Shown: positions 1-13,361 of the stretch, one piece after another
Layout of the letters: each line of letters opens with the position of its first letter
How positions within the stretch are numbered: position 1 is the stretch's first letter
From: Octopus sinensis
Lineage: Eukaryota
Direction: 5' to 3'
DNA length: 64,000 nt
NCBI RefSeq assembly: GCF_006345805.1
Contig: NC_043008.1
Span: 4,030,001 to 4,094,000 of the forward strand
Notes under the pieces: generated by a model
The model's database searches: none
What the model was told of the DNA's origin: nothing
The model's input: only the letters and a program-made list of their open reading frames with translations
Translations under genes and position numbers: made by a program

Positions 1-1985
1 ATGGCATTTGGAATATAACTTAACAAATTGTTCTTATATAAAAATTATGATGGAGAGTTTTATTTTAAATATGAACACTTAAATTTAGAAGTTTTGTGTT
101 ATGAAACTAGAAGCCATCTCAGGCATATTAGTATCAAAAGGGTTAATTAGAGAAGACTATTTTTAAGATTTTCTTTTGGTTCTAAATTACTATTTTATCC
201 AATGAAATTGAGTCTAGTCAAGATGGATGTTTGTAAAATTCAAATATAAATTCTCTTGTGATAACAGAATTAATTGGAAAACTGATAACTGATATTTTTA
301 TATTTCAAAACAATTTTGTCAAATATACTTTTAAATCAGATGACAAAATACTAGCAACAGGGGTCAAGTTAAATGAGTAACACAACCTCTTGCAAAATAC
401 GAGTTTTTGATTTAATTATTAACAATAATTAAAGGTTAATGGATTCTTGCAGTGTCCAAGGACAAAGAAAAAATTTTTAAATGAGTTTCCAGGCAACCAC
501 TGCATGATTTCTTGACCTACAAAAAAGAGCTGTTAAATCTTCCTAAAATACACTTCACCATCTTAAATAAATAAAGGACATATTACATAATGTAGTTGTT
601 GCTGTTTTAATTACAAGTCCATTTTATCAGAGTTAGCAACCTAGACTAAAACCACATGTAAGGCTCCTCTCAGTACATTAGAATGTATCCCACAGGCAGC
701 CCCTGACATTCTTTATCTTGAGCCATTTTTTAAAAACCCAATAGTTAACACTATTATAGCTTTATTTGCTTTGAGTTTCAACATCCTCAAAAAGAATTAT
801 TAATATTTATGTTTTTATTAGAAGAATCCATAATGTCAACCAAGATATATACAAAAGAGTTATGGAATGGAGTGGAACCTCAGAAGTGGTAAAATCCAAC
901 CACTTCCTTATTAAAATCAATAAGGAACCTCTCTGTAGTTGCTTAAGGTACTGCCAATAGCGACCAACACCCTATCAAATCACACTTCACATTAGATAAT
1001 ATGAAACATGTGTAGCCCTGATTTCGCATACTCCACTCTGTAACTCTTGTAGTCTTCTTTGCACACTCAACAACCCTGATTGCCCGAAACGAGAAATATA
1101 AGAAGAACTTTTTTTTTTCAGTATGTCGTTCTTTGATAAAAGTAAAAAAAAAATCCACATCCTTCCATCTCAATAAACCACTATTGTTCCTGAAAGTTGT
1201 TTTTTTTATTTTCACTGCAGATTGCTTGAAGCTAACTTTCTTCCTACACCTCAGTCCCTGGATCTTATATTTATCGATAGATAAACAGACAGATAGATAT
1301 ATTATGCTTTTTTTTGTGTGTGTTGGTGCCAAACTGTGTTGTATAGTATTGCAATCAATTCTTTGCATTAGACTTAAATATATGAAGGATCCTGAAATCT
1401 TTAGTACACAATTAATAGCTGAAGGATTGTCAGTGTCTTTGATTTTGCACAAAATTTTGCCTTGTTTGATTCCTTCAGAATAAACGCTAGTAATTTGTAC
1501 AGCAGTTGTTGAAGCAAAGTAATTTTTGTTGAATTTCACACTTTCATGTAATGTCCTATAAATTATATCATTAACCAATATTGAAAGTCGGAAGAAAGAG
1601 TTGAAGCTAGATTTTGAATATTTTCTTAATTAGGAATATCGTGCTTTTAATCAAAGTTAACCAATTTATTTCTCTAATTTCATATTCATTGATAATATTT
1701 AATTCAGTGTGAACACTATGGAATAGATTTTAATGAATTTACATGATGTATTATACACACATTGGTAATTCATAATATTCATGGAATATACTTCCAAGAT
1801 GCTTTTATAATATTAATAAAGTGCAAATCTATCATGGGTAAATATTTTCTGGTGATTGGCAAATAAAATGCCAATTATTGAATAATAATGCTTGTGATGG
1901 GGATGAAGATAATGATTCTAATAATATGGAAATGGTTCACACACACCAAGGTGTTAGTTATTACATAGTCTCTCGACCTGCTCAA

Positions 1986-2200
1986 CCCATTAGCATTCAA
2001 ATTGCTCTGTCAAATGTAATATTTATTTATCCACATTGAATTAATTATGCATTATCTCATAGCTTTGAGATTTTAATGAAGGAATAGTTTACTTTTAAGA
2101 TGACAATGCAGGGTAAGTGTGAGAGGCTAGATCTGGTCAGTTTGTATATAAAACAGGTAAAATATTTGAGCTAGATATGGCTGGATTAAATACTAAAGGG
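1986..2200 (+). mobile_element. piggyBac-type MITE (family 1)
   Basis: Ends cccattagcattc...aaatactaaaggg are imperfect TIRs with CCC/GGG termini and degenerate TTAA flanks; the body matches the reverse complement of 49155-49379. Confidence 0.7.
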
Positions 2201-2399
2201 TTTATCCATGAACTGGTGAAATACTGTTAACTGGCCGTTAGATAACTCTAGTTGTGTTCATTCTCCAGGTGGGTTTCTTTTACTTTTTTCTTTTTAAGTC
2301 AAATTTATTCTCGACCACAATCTTTCATCTTAAACACTGTAATGTAACTTTAGGTAAACTAATTGAAACCACAAAAGGGAACAGTCATATATGAAATAC

Positions 2400-3215
2400 C
2401 TTTGATTATAGAACTGCTCACTATTTAGGAAAGTGTTTGTCTCTAGACCTTTCAGACACGTCCACCGTACACATTCTTTCGCCATAGCCACAAGTAGAAT
2501 GAAAATGGCTCTTCCTTCCCGTTTCAAGGAAGGAGGCGCAACAATATTCACAATAGACTCAGTTGATAAACCGACTCACCCCACATGCAATAGCAGTCAT
2601 TCGACATAGGCCCACAGGTCAGAAATGGTTGGACACTGTACGAGTGCATGCAGGATGGTTTCGTCGCTCTGACTGCATCTTGGGCAGGTCGGCCCCGTGT
2701 TTCTTGAGTCATGCCTGTAGAACTTATCCCAAACAGGCTGCGCTTCTCAATAGAACTACCAAGCCATGGATCTCAGGAAGTTGTCCATAGGACCCGGCCT
2801 GAATGTCGTCTTGAACAGGCGATTCAGGTATTCCTCATTGACGCACAGGTTCGCCCCGAGGTTCGTACCTCCGCTCCACTAATCCCCTTTAGAATGCTTT
2901 GGTTGTGTTGAAGTCATAGTTGCTTAAGAGCAAAGCGACACTCGTGGTGCCATTCACCCTTCCTTGGCCTCTCTTTGATCCACGACTGCAGTTCGGTCAT
3001 GGAGACGAGCTGCGGGAAAGCGCGCCTCACAAACGGTGGCCACACCCTGTTCACTGTCGTCTACGTAGAGCTGGAGATGTCGAAGTCTCAGCGTGTGTCT
3101 GTGCATCATCAACCACAGCATGCCCAGCCCTCCTTTTAATGGGTGTTGGCAGCAAACAGATCGCCTGAACATTGGAACACATCCTTTCCACAAGAAGCGG
3201 AAGAGGATGCATTCT
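2400..3215 (-). mobile_element. Decayed 3' part of an L1/Tx1-clade LINE ORF2 (zf-RVT region)
   Basis: Manual minus-strand translation across stops and frameshifts gives ..CQHPLKGGLGM..LRLRHLQLYVD..ELQSWIKERPRKGEWHHECRFALKQL..MAW*FY*EAQPVWDKFYRH..GPTCPRCSQSDETILHALVQCP.., a C-x2-C-x8-H-x4-C knuckle typical of L1/Tx1 ORF2 C-termini. Confidence 0.8.
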
Positions 3216-5679
3216 AAGAGAGAGAGAGAGAGAGAGAGAGAGAGTAAGTGAGCTACATATGATGGATTTTGCATATTTTTATGGTGCACAAACATGAAAG
3301 TGCTGTTAGGAGTGTGTAGTGATCATGCTTTGTACTGTTAAGAGGTTTTCTTTTTAATCTGCTGACGTGTGCATTCAGGTGAAGGGCTGGTAGAATGAAT
3401 CTCTGGTCTGGAAATGTCATCTCTGTTCAGCTCACAGAGAAATAATGATTATTAGTCTTTGAGATTTGATCAGTTGCCAAAATAACATTAAAAAAATGCA
3501 TCTCACATTCACCTACTCACATACCATATACAAAACACATGGTATATTATTTGATTAATTTTCATATCCTCAGTATCATACATGTAAAGCTAGAAAAATC
3601 AAATAAATTGGCTATTTTTAAGGTTTCATTGTTGAATAAATTAATGATTATCCAGTATCTGTTCATCTGTTATGTCAAATTCATTTGGTAGGGTATAAAA
3701 CATTCTAGCCAGTTGGTTGTCAGAAATTCCTTAATATATATTAAAGTATCACTAAAAATTCACCTATACATTTTCTTTTTTTCTTAAATTGCAAAAGCTG
3801 TAGTAAGATGTGGTTTTCTGAGAAACAGTGTTTACACCTTCTGGTGTGATTAACTTAGGGACACATGTTCTGTTGTGGACCAAATGATTTAATGATTTTA
3901 TGAATGGAAATGTCATTCTTTGAACTTGAGATATATTTAGAAAATGCAGTGGGGAGACATTTTTCTGAGAAATGTCTAAACGTATCTTTTTCCAAGCAAG
4001 TTTTCAAGTTTTATATAATTTTGCCTCACTCTTGTTTACTTCATAAGCTAATGCTTCGGAAAGACAGGTTCCATTGTGAGAAGAGATATTAGGGTTGTTG
4101 CAATTAAATAGTGAAGAGCTTTTTTCAAGTTTGGTGCTTCAATTAGTATGATTAAATATAAAAAAAAATTTCCAGTATAAAGTTTTTGATTTAACAGTAC
4201 CTCTCCTTAAAGATTTCATTATTATATCTGTGGTCAGCAGGGCATGACTTTTCTACAAAATTTAAGAAAATCCTGAAAATATTGAAAAACACTTTTAAAC
4301 TATATGAAGGATTGACTGTATGAGATTTCATTTATTTTTGCATTTTTAGTGTTAGTGCTGTTCTGTGTGTAATACACTCTGTCTTTGATGGGAGAAGAAA
4401 CTGCTGCATCAACAAACACAGTAACAGCAGCAGCTGTAAATATTCTTATCAAAATATTTATATTCTGTACAATATATTGATACTCTTTTTCTGATGTTTG
4501 TAAATCCAAGCACATCTTCTTTATCTCTCCTCCCTCTCTCTCTCTCTCTCTCCCCCTTTCACACGCACACACACACACACGCACACGTGTGAAAATATCT
4601 TATATCTTCAAAGAAACTGGTGGAGGAGGTTCCAGACCATAGGACGTCCTTGTCATGAAGTTTGTCAAGGGTATATGGTGGGGTCTGTCACTTCATGCAT
4701 CATTGATGCTGATAATGATGATAATGATGATGATAAAGACTGCCATCATAGTGTATAATTATAAATTGAAAATAATAAGCACAAATAGTAATTAAGATGA
4801 ATGAAATATTATCTTAGATAATATTTATTTAACAAATAAATATCATGTTTCTTCTAAATGGTTCTGCCTGATTAAGAAATATTTTATGCTTCATTTCTTT
4901 TTCCTTTTCCTACTGAACAAAGATTGTGTTGTTTGAGGAATTATTTGCTTCTGTATATGCCAGGAAATACTGTCTGATACACTTTTCAATTTTGTTTATG
5001 TACTTAATTTTTTTCTCCTCATATTTGAATATTTTAATCAACTTATGGGCAATCATGCGTCATAAATAAGAAAGATATCATTTAAATTTAAAGACATTTA
5101 AAATATCAACTACAAACTATCTTCACTCAAAACGCAGGAAAGTACATTTAAAAAATATACTTGCAAAATAAGACAAAAAAATCTATAAACTAATATTCTC
5201 TGAAGCTATAATAGTAGGAAGCCTTGTTAAAATCATTGATTCTTGAAATGAAATATATTTAATTTCTACTTGAAAAACTAAGTAAATTTAAGATATGTTT
5301 TCATTTTTTTCTGTGCAATTTTTACATTTCTCTGTTATGTATGCAATGAAGAACTTCAGCACTCACTCTCAAAGAGAATATATTTAAAACCATTTTGATT
5401 CTAGCCCACTTAAGAATACCACTTATGACACAAAACCTTTTGTTTAAATGGGATACTGAAAAGCCTCCCTTTATGTCAGAACCTTTTTATTATGTTCCGA
5501 CACCATTTTAGTAAAGAAATGTTAGGTTATTTTACCAAATCCTTCCACATTTTTGATTATTTTCAGAATTAATTGAAATTCATTGGATTATAAAATTAAT
5601 TAAAAATGTGGGTATGAAAGGCAAAATTGAACTTTGTTGAATGTGGTCCACAAAATAATAATGGTTTATCTTCTGCTAA

Positions 5680-6305
5680 GAAAAGAACGCATGAATTTGT
5701 TGGTGAGATTCAGACCATGATTGACAACAATCCCTCCAAGTCAATCAGGCCTATCGCCAGGGACATGGGAGTGTCTGAGTTTCTTATCAGGCGGGTAATG
5801 CCTGAAGACATTTGGTATTCCTCATACAAAATAAGAAAGGGCCAATTTTTATCCCAGTCCATCAAGAACAAGAGGGAAGACCATGCTACAAAGATTTTGA
5901 ACAAACACAAGCATCCCATCCAACCAAACATGCTTTGGTTTTTCTCAGACCAGAAAAATTTCTGCCAGGATCAGTTTGGTGAACACACAGAACAACTGTT
6001 TGTTTGCCGTGTCCCCAAAACATGTACTGAGAGTGATAAAAATCAAACATCCAGTGAACATCATGGTATTTGGAGTGATCACTAGTGATAGCAACTTTAT
6101 GCCACCATTCCTCTTCCCACATAGCCTCAGGCTCAACATGCAGGCATACATCAAGTGCCCAGAGGAGGTAGTGCTGTCCTGGGTCAAGAGGATGGCTGCT
6201 GGGAGACCCTATGTCTGGCAACAGGACTCTGAACCTTGCCACACAAGCAAGGAAACCTAGTCATGACTGTCAGACAATTTCTGCGATCACATCACCCCTA
6301 ACATC
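5680..6305 (+). mobile_element. Truncated Tc1/mariner transposase relic, maT (DD37D)-like
   Basis: ORFs 5627-6085 and 5976-6260: HTH (SIRPIARDMGVSEFLIRR), FFSDQKNFCQDQ, IMVFGVITSD, YVWQQDSEPCHTS then *SWLSDNFCDHITPNI. It ends before the WPPxSPD motif, so the catalytic spacing cannot be counted. Confidence 0.85.
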
Positions 6306-6483
6306 TGCTACTTGTTTTATTGGAAGAATGAAAGTTAAACGAGACCCTGGTTGGATCTGAGCTTAAAATGTGAAAAATATAAAGGATTTTAAGTAAATAG
6401 TGTAATTATTTTCTAATGCATTATAGATTCTTCTAATCAGCACTTCTAATTAATTCTATTTATAAAACTTCTTTTCTGCTTAG

Positions 6484-6518
6484 GTGAGAAGCCATATGAC
6501 AACAAAAGAAATTCAGAA
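6484..6518 (+). other. Candidate 35-nt micro-exon or AG|GT site (GEKPYDNKRNSE)
   Basis: cttcttttctgcttag|GTGAGAAGCC...TTCAGAA|gtgaat; open in the phase-1 frame; the acceptor is immediately followed by donor-like GTGAG. Confidence 0.25.
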
Positions 6519-7994
6519 GTGAATTATCAGGTGTCTAAATCTCATATAATTCCCAGTCATTTATTTAATAAATCAATTTATTATTGAGATACAAAGGTTG
6601 TTCAAAAATAAATATTTCTATAATACTGGATGTAAATTTGTACACTGAGTTGATAGTATATATATGGGGTGGAGGAAAAGAGCAAGCACCAACTAATATT
6701 ATTCTACAGTTGCTTTTTATATTCCATGAAAATAATTTCCATGATTGTATCTAATAGCTATAGATAGTCAGTAAGTATTCTTTACCGTAATCTTCACAAG
6801 ATAGCACAGAAACCTTTTTTATATCTTACAAAAACAAACGTTTTTCTGTACCCCATCTTGAATGAATCTCTTGAAATGTGATGGGGTGGAGATAGGGAAG
6901 TGTGGAATTCCAACTGCATTTTGTGATTTGCCATCTCAACAGCTCCCTTATAGGATCCAGTGGCTAAAGACATCATCAGGAGGAACCATGTCCAGTTTCA
7001 GCCCCCTACTCCTCTACCATTTTTGACATGGCAGGGCCCCCACTCTGGTGTTGAGAGCATTTCTTCTTTCTCTATCTTTCTTCTGTTCCCTGGCCTCTTT
7101 GATGCAGCGTCAACGAGTGTCAGTGAGCAACTGACCGTCCTGCCAAATTTCCCTTTAAATACTCGCTAGTAGGCTCCAGCAGCCAGCACCAGCTAGTTGT
7201 CACCTGACCAATGGAGGGGAAGGGCGCATAATCTTAGCTATTGGTTTTGAATTATTGAACAGTGACAATTTAATGTGTTCCGAAAGTATGAAGATGTATC
7301 ACAAAATTTTCTGAGGTCAGAATATTTTATTGCTAAATTTTTGTATTTTGCTCATTAAAAATAATCATCAATTACCTATTTCACCCATGCATACTTCTTG
7401 TTAGTTGCAAGCTGAAATAGGTTCTATTCAATTTAAATAAAACCTATTTATAGTGTCATTTAATATTTATTGAAACAAAAGTGTATTACAATGTGGGCAG
7501 GCATTCAGTTTACCCATCTTTTAAAATTTCACTTAAATTGACTTTGGTTTATTTTTAAGATTTCTCTGAAACCCTTATGGAATTAGAAATAGAGATCTAT
7601 TGTTACTGCATTCAAGATGGTTTATGTTAATAGGGAATACCTTTAACTCTGCACTCAGTATTTTAATAAACTACAGAATTAAATTAGTGCTAACATAGTA
7701 ATGCAGTCAGCATAAAAAGCTAATCAAAATAATTATGCATTGAAGATAAGAACATCAATTCATTAGCTATTATTATTTTAATTATTCCACCTTCATCCCT
7801 GCTGGAATAATTTTTGATGTTGCTGGAGCTTCTCAGAAAGTGGGTACAACCATAGAAAAATTAACCCCAACGTACTCTTGCGTGATCTGCATAAGCATGC
7901 AAAAACAGATGTCAAAAGAATGATGATTTTATATATAATGTATGTATATATGTATGTGTATATGTATGTATATACACATGCATTATAGTATTCA

Positions 7995-8290
7995 TCAGAC
8001 CATTAGATTTTGTTGTACACCACTGGTCACAATGCACTTGATCGCGTGTTTGTGGATTTTGAATGGTGCCACCCCACTAGCTAGGCAAGCAGGCCGGTAG
8101 GTTGGCCAACATTCCCCCTGCAAGGAATAGCAGTCTGCCACAGGATTACCCACCTGCAGCTGAGTAGAATGGGGGCAATGTTGAATGATGTGTTTTTGCT
8201 CAAGGACACAATACACTGCCACCTTGGGAATCGAAACCACAGTCTTGCAACCATGAGTGCAATATCCTTAACCACTTGGTCACACACCTT
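7995..8290 (-). mobile_element. tRNA-derived SINE (family C)
   Basis: Reverse complement starts ggtgtgtgaccaagtggttaagg (A box), then ggtttcgattccc (B box), then gtgtccttgagcaaaaacac core. Confidence 0.75.
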
Positions 8291-8858
8291 TAGATACACA
8301 CACATATACTCTCTCTCTCTCTCTCTTACACACACACATAAATAAATGTATGTGTATGGATGCATACATATGTCCTTCTATCTATTCAATTTCCAACATT
8401 GAGTTTTGGTCAACTTACCCAAGCTTCTCAACTTAGGGGTCAAATATCTATTCCATATTCCACACACACATACCTATGCCCTTGTATACATTTTTAGAAT
8501 CTAATCTTTATCACTTTTAGTATTTAGCATCAAAGAATTTAAATGGCTGCCCAGATTTCATTGCAAATAGTTTTAAAAGATTTCAGGAAATTCCCAAAAC
8601 AGGTCATAAATCATACTTGGAAATAACATCATCTGAAATTCTTAAAATGAATCTATTACACACACACACGCACGCACGTATATGTATATCAATATTGTCC
8701 TTTTCTTCCTCCCCTTTTTATGCTTGCATCTCTCAGCTGAGACTAGATAGGGGTTCTATTTTCTGTGGCCCGATGCACTTCATGGTGCTAATCCTCATCT
8801 GATTCCAAGTAAGGTAAGGAATCCCTCAGTCTATCAATCAATAAACAACCTGGACATT

Positions 8859-9126
8859 GCTGGTGGCATGTTGAAAAGCACCAACCGATCGTGGCCGTTA
8901 CCAGCCTCCCCTGGCCCCTGTGTCGGTGGCACGTAAAAAGTAAAAAGCCCCCACTACACTCAGAGAGTGGTTGGCGTTAGGAAGGGCTTCCAGCTGTAGA
9001 AACTCTGCCAGATCAGACTGGAGCCTGGTGCAGCCTCCTGGCTTCCCAGACCCCAGTTGAACCGTCCAACCCATGCTAGCATGGAAAACGGACCTTAAAC
9101 GGTGATGATGATGATGATGATGATGA
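8859..9126 (+). mobile_element. 5'-truncated retroposon with modular repeats and (GAT)n tail (family D)
   Basis: gagtggttggcgttaggaaggg..cagctgtagaaac..aacccatgctagcatggaaaacggac..(gat)n; also at 11187-11489, 14274-14490 and 18208-18540, with tail-only copies near 35150 and 51840. Confidence 0.85.
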
Positions 9127-9513
9127 CAACTGGAAACACATGACATTGTTTGCATGAGTCTTTGTTTTTACAAAGATCATTCAACATGTCAAGAATCTCA
9201 GACTCAGTTTTTGTATTGGGTGCTGAGCGAACAGCACCATCTGTATTAACAGACAGGCTTTTGTTTACAATCGGTGCACAGGAGACGTGCAAACCCTTCT
9301 TTTCTCACACACACAAACACACACATACATCATCAGTGTTTTTCTATCAATTTCACTCATAAGGTATTGGTCAAACTGCAGCTATATTAGTGGACATCTG
9401 CCAACAGTGTCCATGCAGTGGGATTGAACCCCTAACCACATGATTCTGAAGCAAACTTCTTAATCATGCAATCATCCTTTTCTCTCTCTAGACACAGATG
9501 CACAAATATATAT

Positions 9514-9557
<44 letters not shown>

Positions 9558-10846
9558 GTGCACACACACACACACACACTGTATCAATAACCAATATTTC
9601 TGCTGTCTGTATCTTTTATCTTTCTTCTCCGTTCTTCTCCAGGCAGCCATTCTCTTCTTCTCTTCTTCCTCCTTGTTCTCTCTCTCTCTCTCTCTCTTTA
9701 GATAAATATGTCTATTTTACAATAGTGTTGTACAATAGGTATTGGTTTCATCAATGTGTAAATTCAAAGTATTCTTTGACGTTTTTTAGACACACAAACA
9801 AAAACAAAAGTACATCGCGCACCACACCTCCCACCCCCTCCAAAAAGAACAACATCAAAAACAGATTATAATCTTAACCCCCACCATTTGAATTCATTTT
9901 TGATTTTTGTGCAGAATGTTGGGAATCAATAACTAACTAACACAATTTATTCCAACAGAAAGAGAGCAGTATTTGTATTTTTGCTTGACTGGATCTATTT
10001 CCTATTGTTCTTCTTGTTGATGATCTTTTTGCAGCTCCAAGCACCTGTTCATTCAGAAAATTTCCTAGTTTATATTGAAATTTTTCCTTTTCTTTCTTTG
10101 AGCTGGGTGTTTTGTTTATTCGTTTGTTGTTTTTGTTTTGGAATATGTAAAGTTTGCATATTGGTAAACTTAACTAAATCTGTAAAGTTTACATATGGTT
10201 AAACTAGCTATATATATAATTACAATTAGGCATTTCTTTCTCATTTCTCAATATCTGTTACTCTCTCTCTCTCTACCTGTGTCTTTCCCTCTCTCATTAC
10301 CTATCTATCTGATACACGCATACACATCCACATACAAATTCATTATTTCATATACACAAACACACATACATATATCTGTACATAAGTTCATTATCTCTTT
10401 TCAAAGCAGACATTAACTCCCACCCCACTCCTCTTCTTTTTATATTCCAAAGACTTTCAATAGCTGATTATCAATTCACCTGCGAATAGTGCATCTTAAA
10501 ATTCAATAACATACATAGCAACAGTGTATTTTACTGAATAGAATTTTGTTGGAAATTCTACTGAAAGAATGGTGGCATTCTTGTCGTGGTGGTGGGGGGG
10601 GGGGAGATTTTGTAACACACACACACATCTGACTATTACTAATGAATGAGTAGAGCTCTATGTGATGTGTATATATTCTCATGAACTTGTATATAATTTC
10701 ACCTCATTAAAATATTTGCTTCTGTTTGACATCTCACTCTAAAAAAAATTTAAGTTAATTATTCATTTATTTCATCTACTAACAATTTGGTTTTTGAGTT
10801 TGTAAGTATAATTCATTATGGCTAAATTATAATTTTTCTCTTTTAG

Positions 10847-10879
10847 ACAATTGGCAGGATCAGTGGAGCTTTGGACAAA
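10847..10879 (+). other. Candidate 33-nt micro-exon (TIGRISGALDK or DNWQDQWSFGQ)
   Basis: aatttttctcttttag|ACAATTGG...GGACAAA|gtaaaa; frame-preserving length, GC-richer than its flanks, weak donor. Confidence 0.25.
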
Positions 10880-11186
10880 GTAAAATTTAAATTTAAGATT
10901 TTAATTTAAATATCTTGAATAACTTGGATAGGTTTTGACCATTATTGGCCCTAGCCATGTCCAACCTAACAGCACCACCTGAAGTAGTCTTTTAATTCAT
11001 AATTCAGGACATCATAGCTCATTGTCTGCTGAGATGTATGCAGATATCAGTTGTTTGATATCTTGGAGAAATTTGTCTTGGTATCACTTAAATGTTCATG
11101 GGGTCCTTTCTTTCTTTGATTTCTTTTAGAATCAATTTGAATAAGGTAGGACTAGCTGAGTTAAAGAAAAAGTTATGTTGCAATGT

Positions 11187-11489
11187 GCCGGTGGCATGTA
11201 AAAAGCACCATCTGAACGTGGCCGTTGTCAGCACCGCCTTGAGTGGCTTCCATGCCGGTGACATGTCAAAAGCACCAATCTGATCGTGGCCGTGGCCAGC
11301 CTTGCCTGGCACATAAAAAACACCCACTACATTCACGGAGTGGTTGGCGTTATGAAGGGCATCCAGCTGTAGAAACACTGCCAGATCAGACTGGAGCCTG
11401 GTGCAGCCTCTTGGCTTCCCAGACCCTGGTCGAACCGTCCAACCCATGCTAGCATGGATAACAGACGTTAAACGATGATGACGATGATG
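11187..11489 (+). mobile_element. Family D retroposon copy (3 modules)
   Basis: Three ggtggcatgtaaaaagcacc-type modules followed by the shared 3' end and (gat)n tail. Confidence 0.85.
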
Positions 11490-13361
11490 TTATTATGTGA
11501 TGGGATAATTTTTATTGCTGGCAGGATATGGCCCTGGAGCCTTGTGTAATTTGTAAACTTACATTGGGGACAAAGAACTTTGAGCTTTTTAAAATGATTC
11601 CAAAAGTCAAGGCTTACCATGCTATTTATTAATACTAACACAAGAAGTCAACTCTGATTGAGCCAGATTTATGAAAAAAGACATTCTAACCATGACAGTG
11701 CCTCATTTTGTATATCTAGGAGTACAATGTCCAGTTTGTACTTATTTTTTAAGAAGACTGAGTATGATTTGAGGGTGATTTGGCTGCTCTTTCTAGCTGG
11801 TGAATTGTGTAAAGGCACATTTGATTGATTGGCAAGCAAGGAGTTTTGTATCAAGGAACCTGAAACACTTTCAAGCGAATTGATATCAAAAGAATCGTTA
11901 AAACCATGTCTCTGCAGCCATGTAATTTAAAGCACCGAGGGATGGAGAATAGTCTGAGTTGTTTAAATTAGAGAGACCTTTGCAAGAGAAAAATCTGTTT
12001 AATGTAACTGACTTCAATATCATTATATCATTATATAGAACAACTTTTCTATAGAAGCTCATCAACAGTCTCTATGAAAAGTAATCAACTTTGTATTGTT
12101 AATTTCTAAATAGTGTGGCATAACTTTTTTTATACTGAATAAATGGTGAAAACCAGAGTAAATCCAATTATTAATTATATTATCTGTTGCAGAATAATTT
12201 GATTTGTAGAATTATGTAGAATTATGTTAACAATGGCTAAAATTTGATAGCAAAGAGAATACTTAAATAATATGAAACTGTCTGGAAAGAAATGATTTCA
12301 TGATTATTATTAGTGAAAGAGCGAGTGACGGTTCAGAACGGTCATCGGCAAATTCTGATAGGATAAATAATTCATGGTTGTGAAGTGACGATTCTCTAAA
12401 AATTTGAAAGATAACTTGGCAGCCTGGAAATTTAATAGTTATGTTTAATAAATAGTATATGAATAGGGTAAAATAGATATCGTTTTATTATTGAATATTA
12501 TTTAATAGGGAGTTTTTAAGACTGAATACCTTTCATAAATGTCACTTTTGCAAAATACTGATGGCACTTCACATTTAGAATTCAACATGAGGCTCATAGA
12601 TTAAAAAAAACAAACTATATTATCTAATACATGCTATTTAAATCTCTTCTGCACAGTGCACTCACACATACGTGTGTCCATATGTATATATCTTATATGC
12701 CCTTCAAATATGAAGGGTATATTCATTCCCAGTACCCTTCAAATATGATAGAAAAGTTCACTCACACCAGATATACAAAATAGTTTAAAGTTCATTAAAC
12801 TGTATAACAAACCTGCACATTTAAAACCTAATTTTAACATTTTATATTACAAAGTAAAAAAGGTAGATATTTTTTTTCTTTCCTCTTTTAGCCAGAGGAA
12901 GAAAGGCAAATGCCATGACCTTTTCAGGGCCTCTGAGATTACTGGGAGAAAAGAAAGAAAGAAACCACAACACACGAAATGCTGCAATAGGAAGTTGCAC
13001 ACAAGTAAATGTTTTAGCAGAGATCTCATCCAACACAAAGTGAACTGGGTGCTGAAGATAGTCAAGCAGAAATTAAAGAATTAAATTAAATTGTTCCTGT
13101 CAAATGTAATCACATGCCACCCTGACAAGAACTCTGAAATAAAAAAAAAATTAGCTGAAAAGTTGTGTAAGAAATCAAACTGTTATGTAATGGAAATGGT
13201 AAAATTTCACAAATTTGTGCACTTTGAAGAAAAGTGAGTCGTGTCTTCTTTGAAAATATTAAAACTGTGTTGGAAGGCTGAGGAGGACTTCTTTTTCAGC
13301 CTTGCAACACACTTCTCGCATTTCTTTAAAGAAAGATCGGGTGAAGAACTTTCAAACTCAC

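Noticed and set aside
1000-1070. Minus-strand peptide YRVEYAKSG resembling a PARP zinc-finger start
   Set aside because: Flanked by in-frame stops, lacks the following CxxC and has no fitting splice sites.
6930-7230. GC-richer island
   Set aside because: Probably a decayed transposon fragment; no assignable motif in any frame I read.
11187-11330. Repeat-spacer look of family D modules (CRISPR-like)
   Set aside because: Modules are diverged paralogous units in a eukaryotic retroposon; no unique spacers or cas genes.
12892-13084. Strong plus-strand acceptor followed by two open frames (QRKKGKCHDLF.. or ARGRKANAM..)
   Set aside because: No homology recognised and frame ambiguous; cannot be supported without transcripts.
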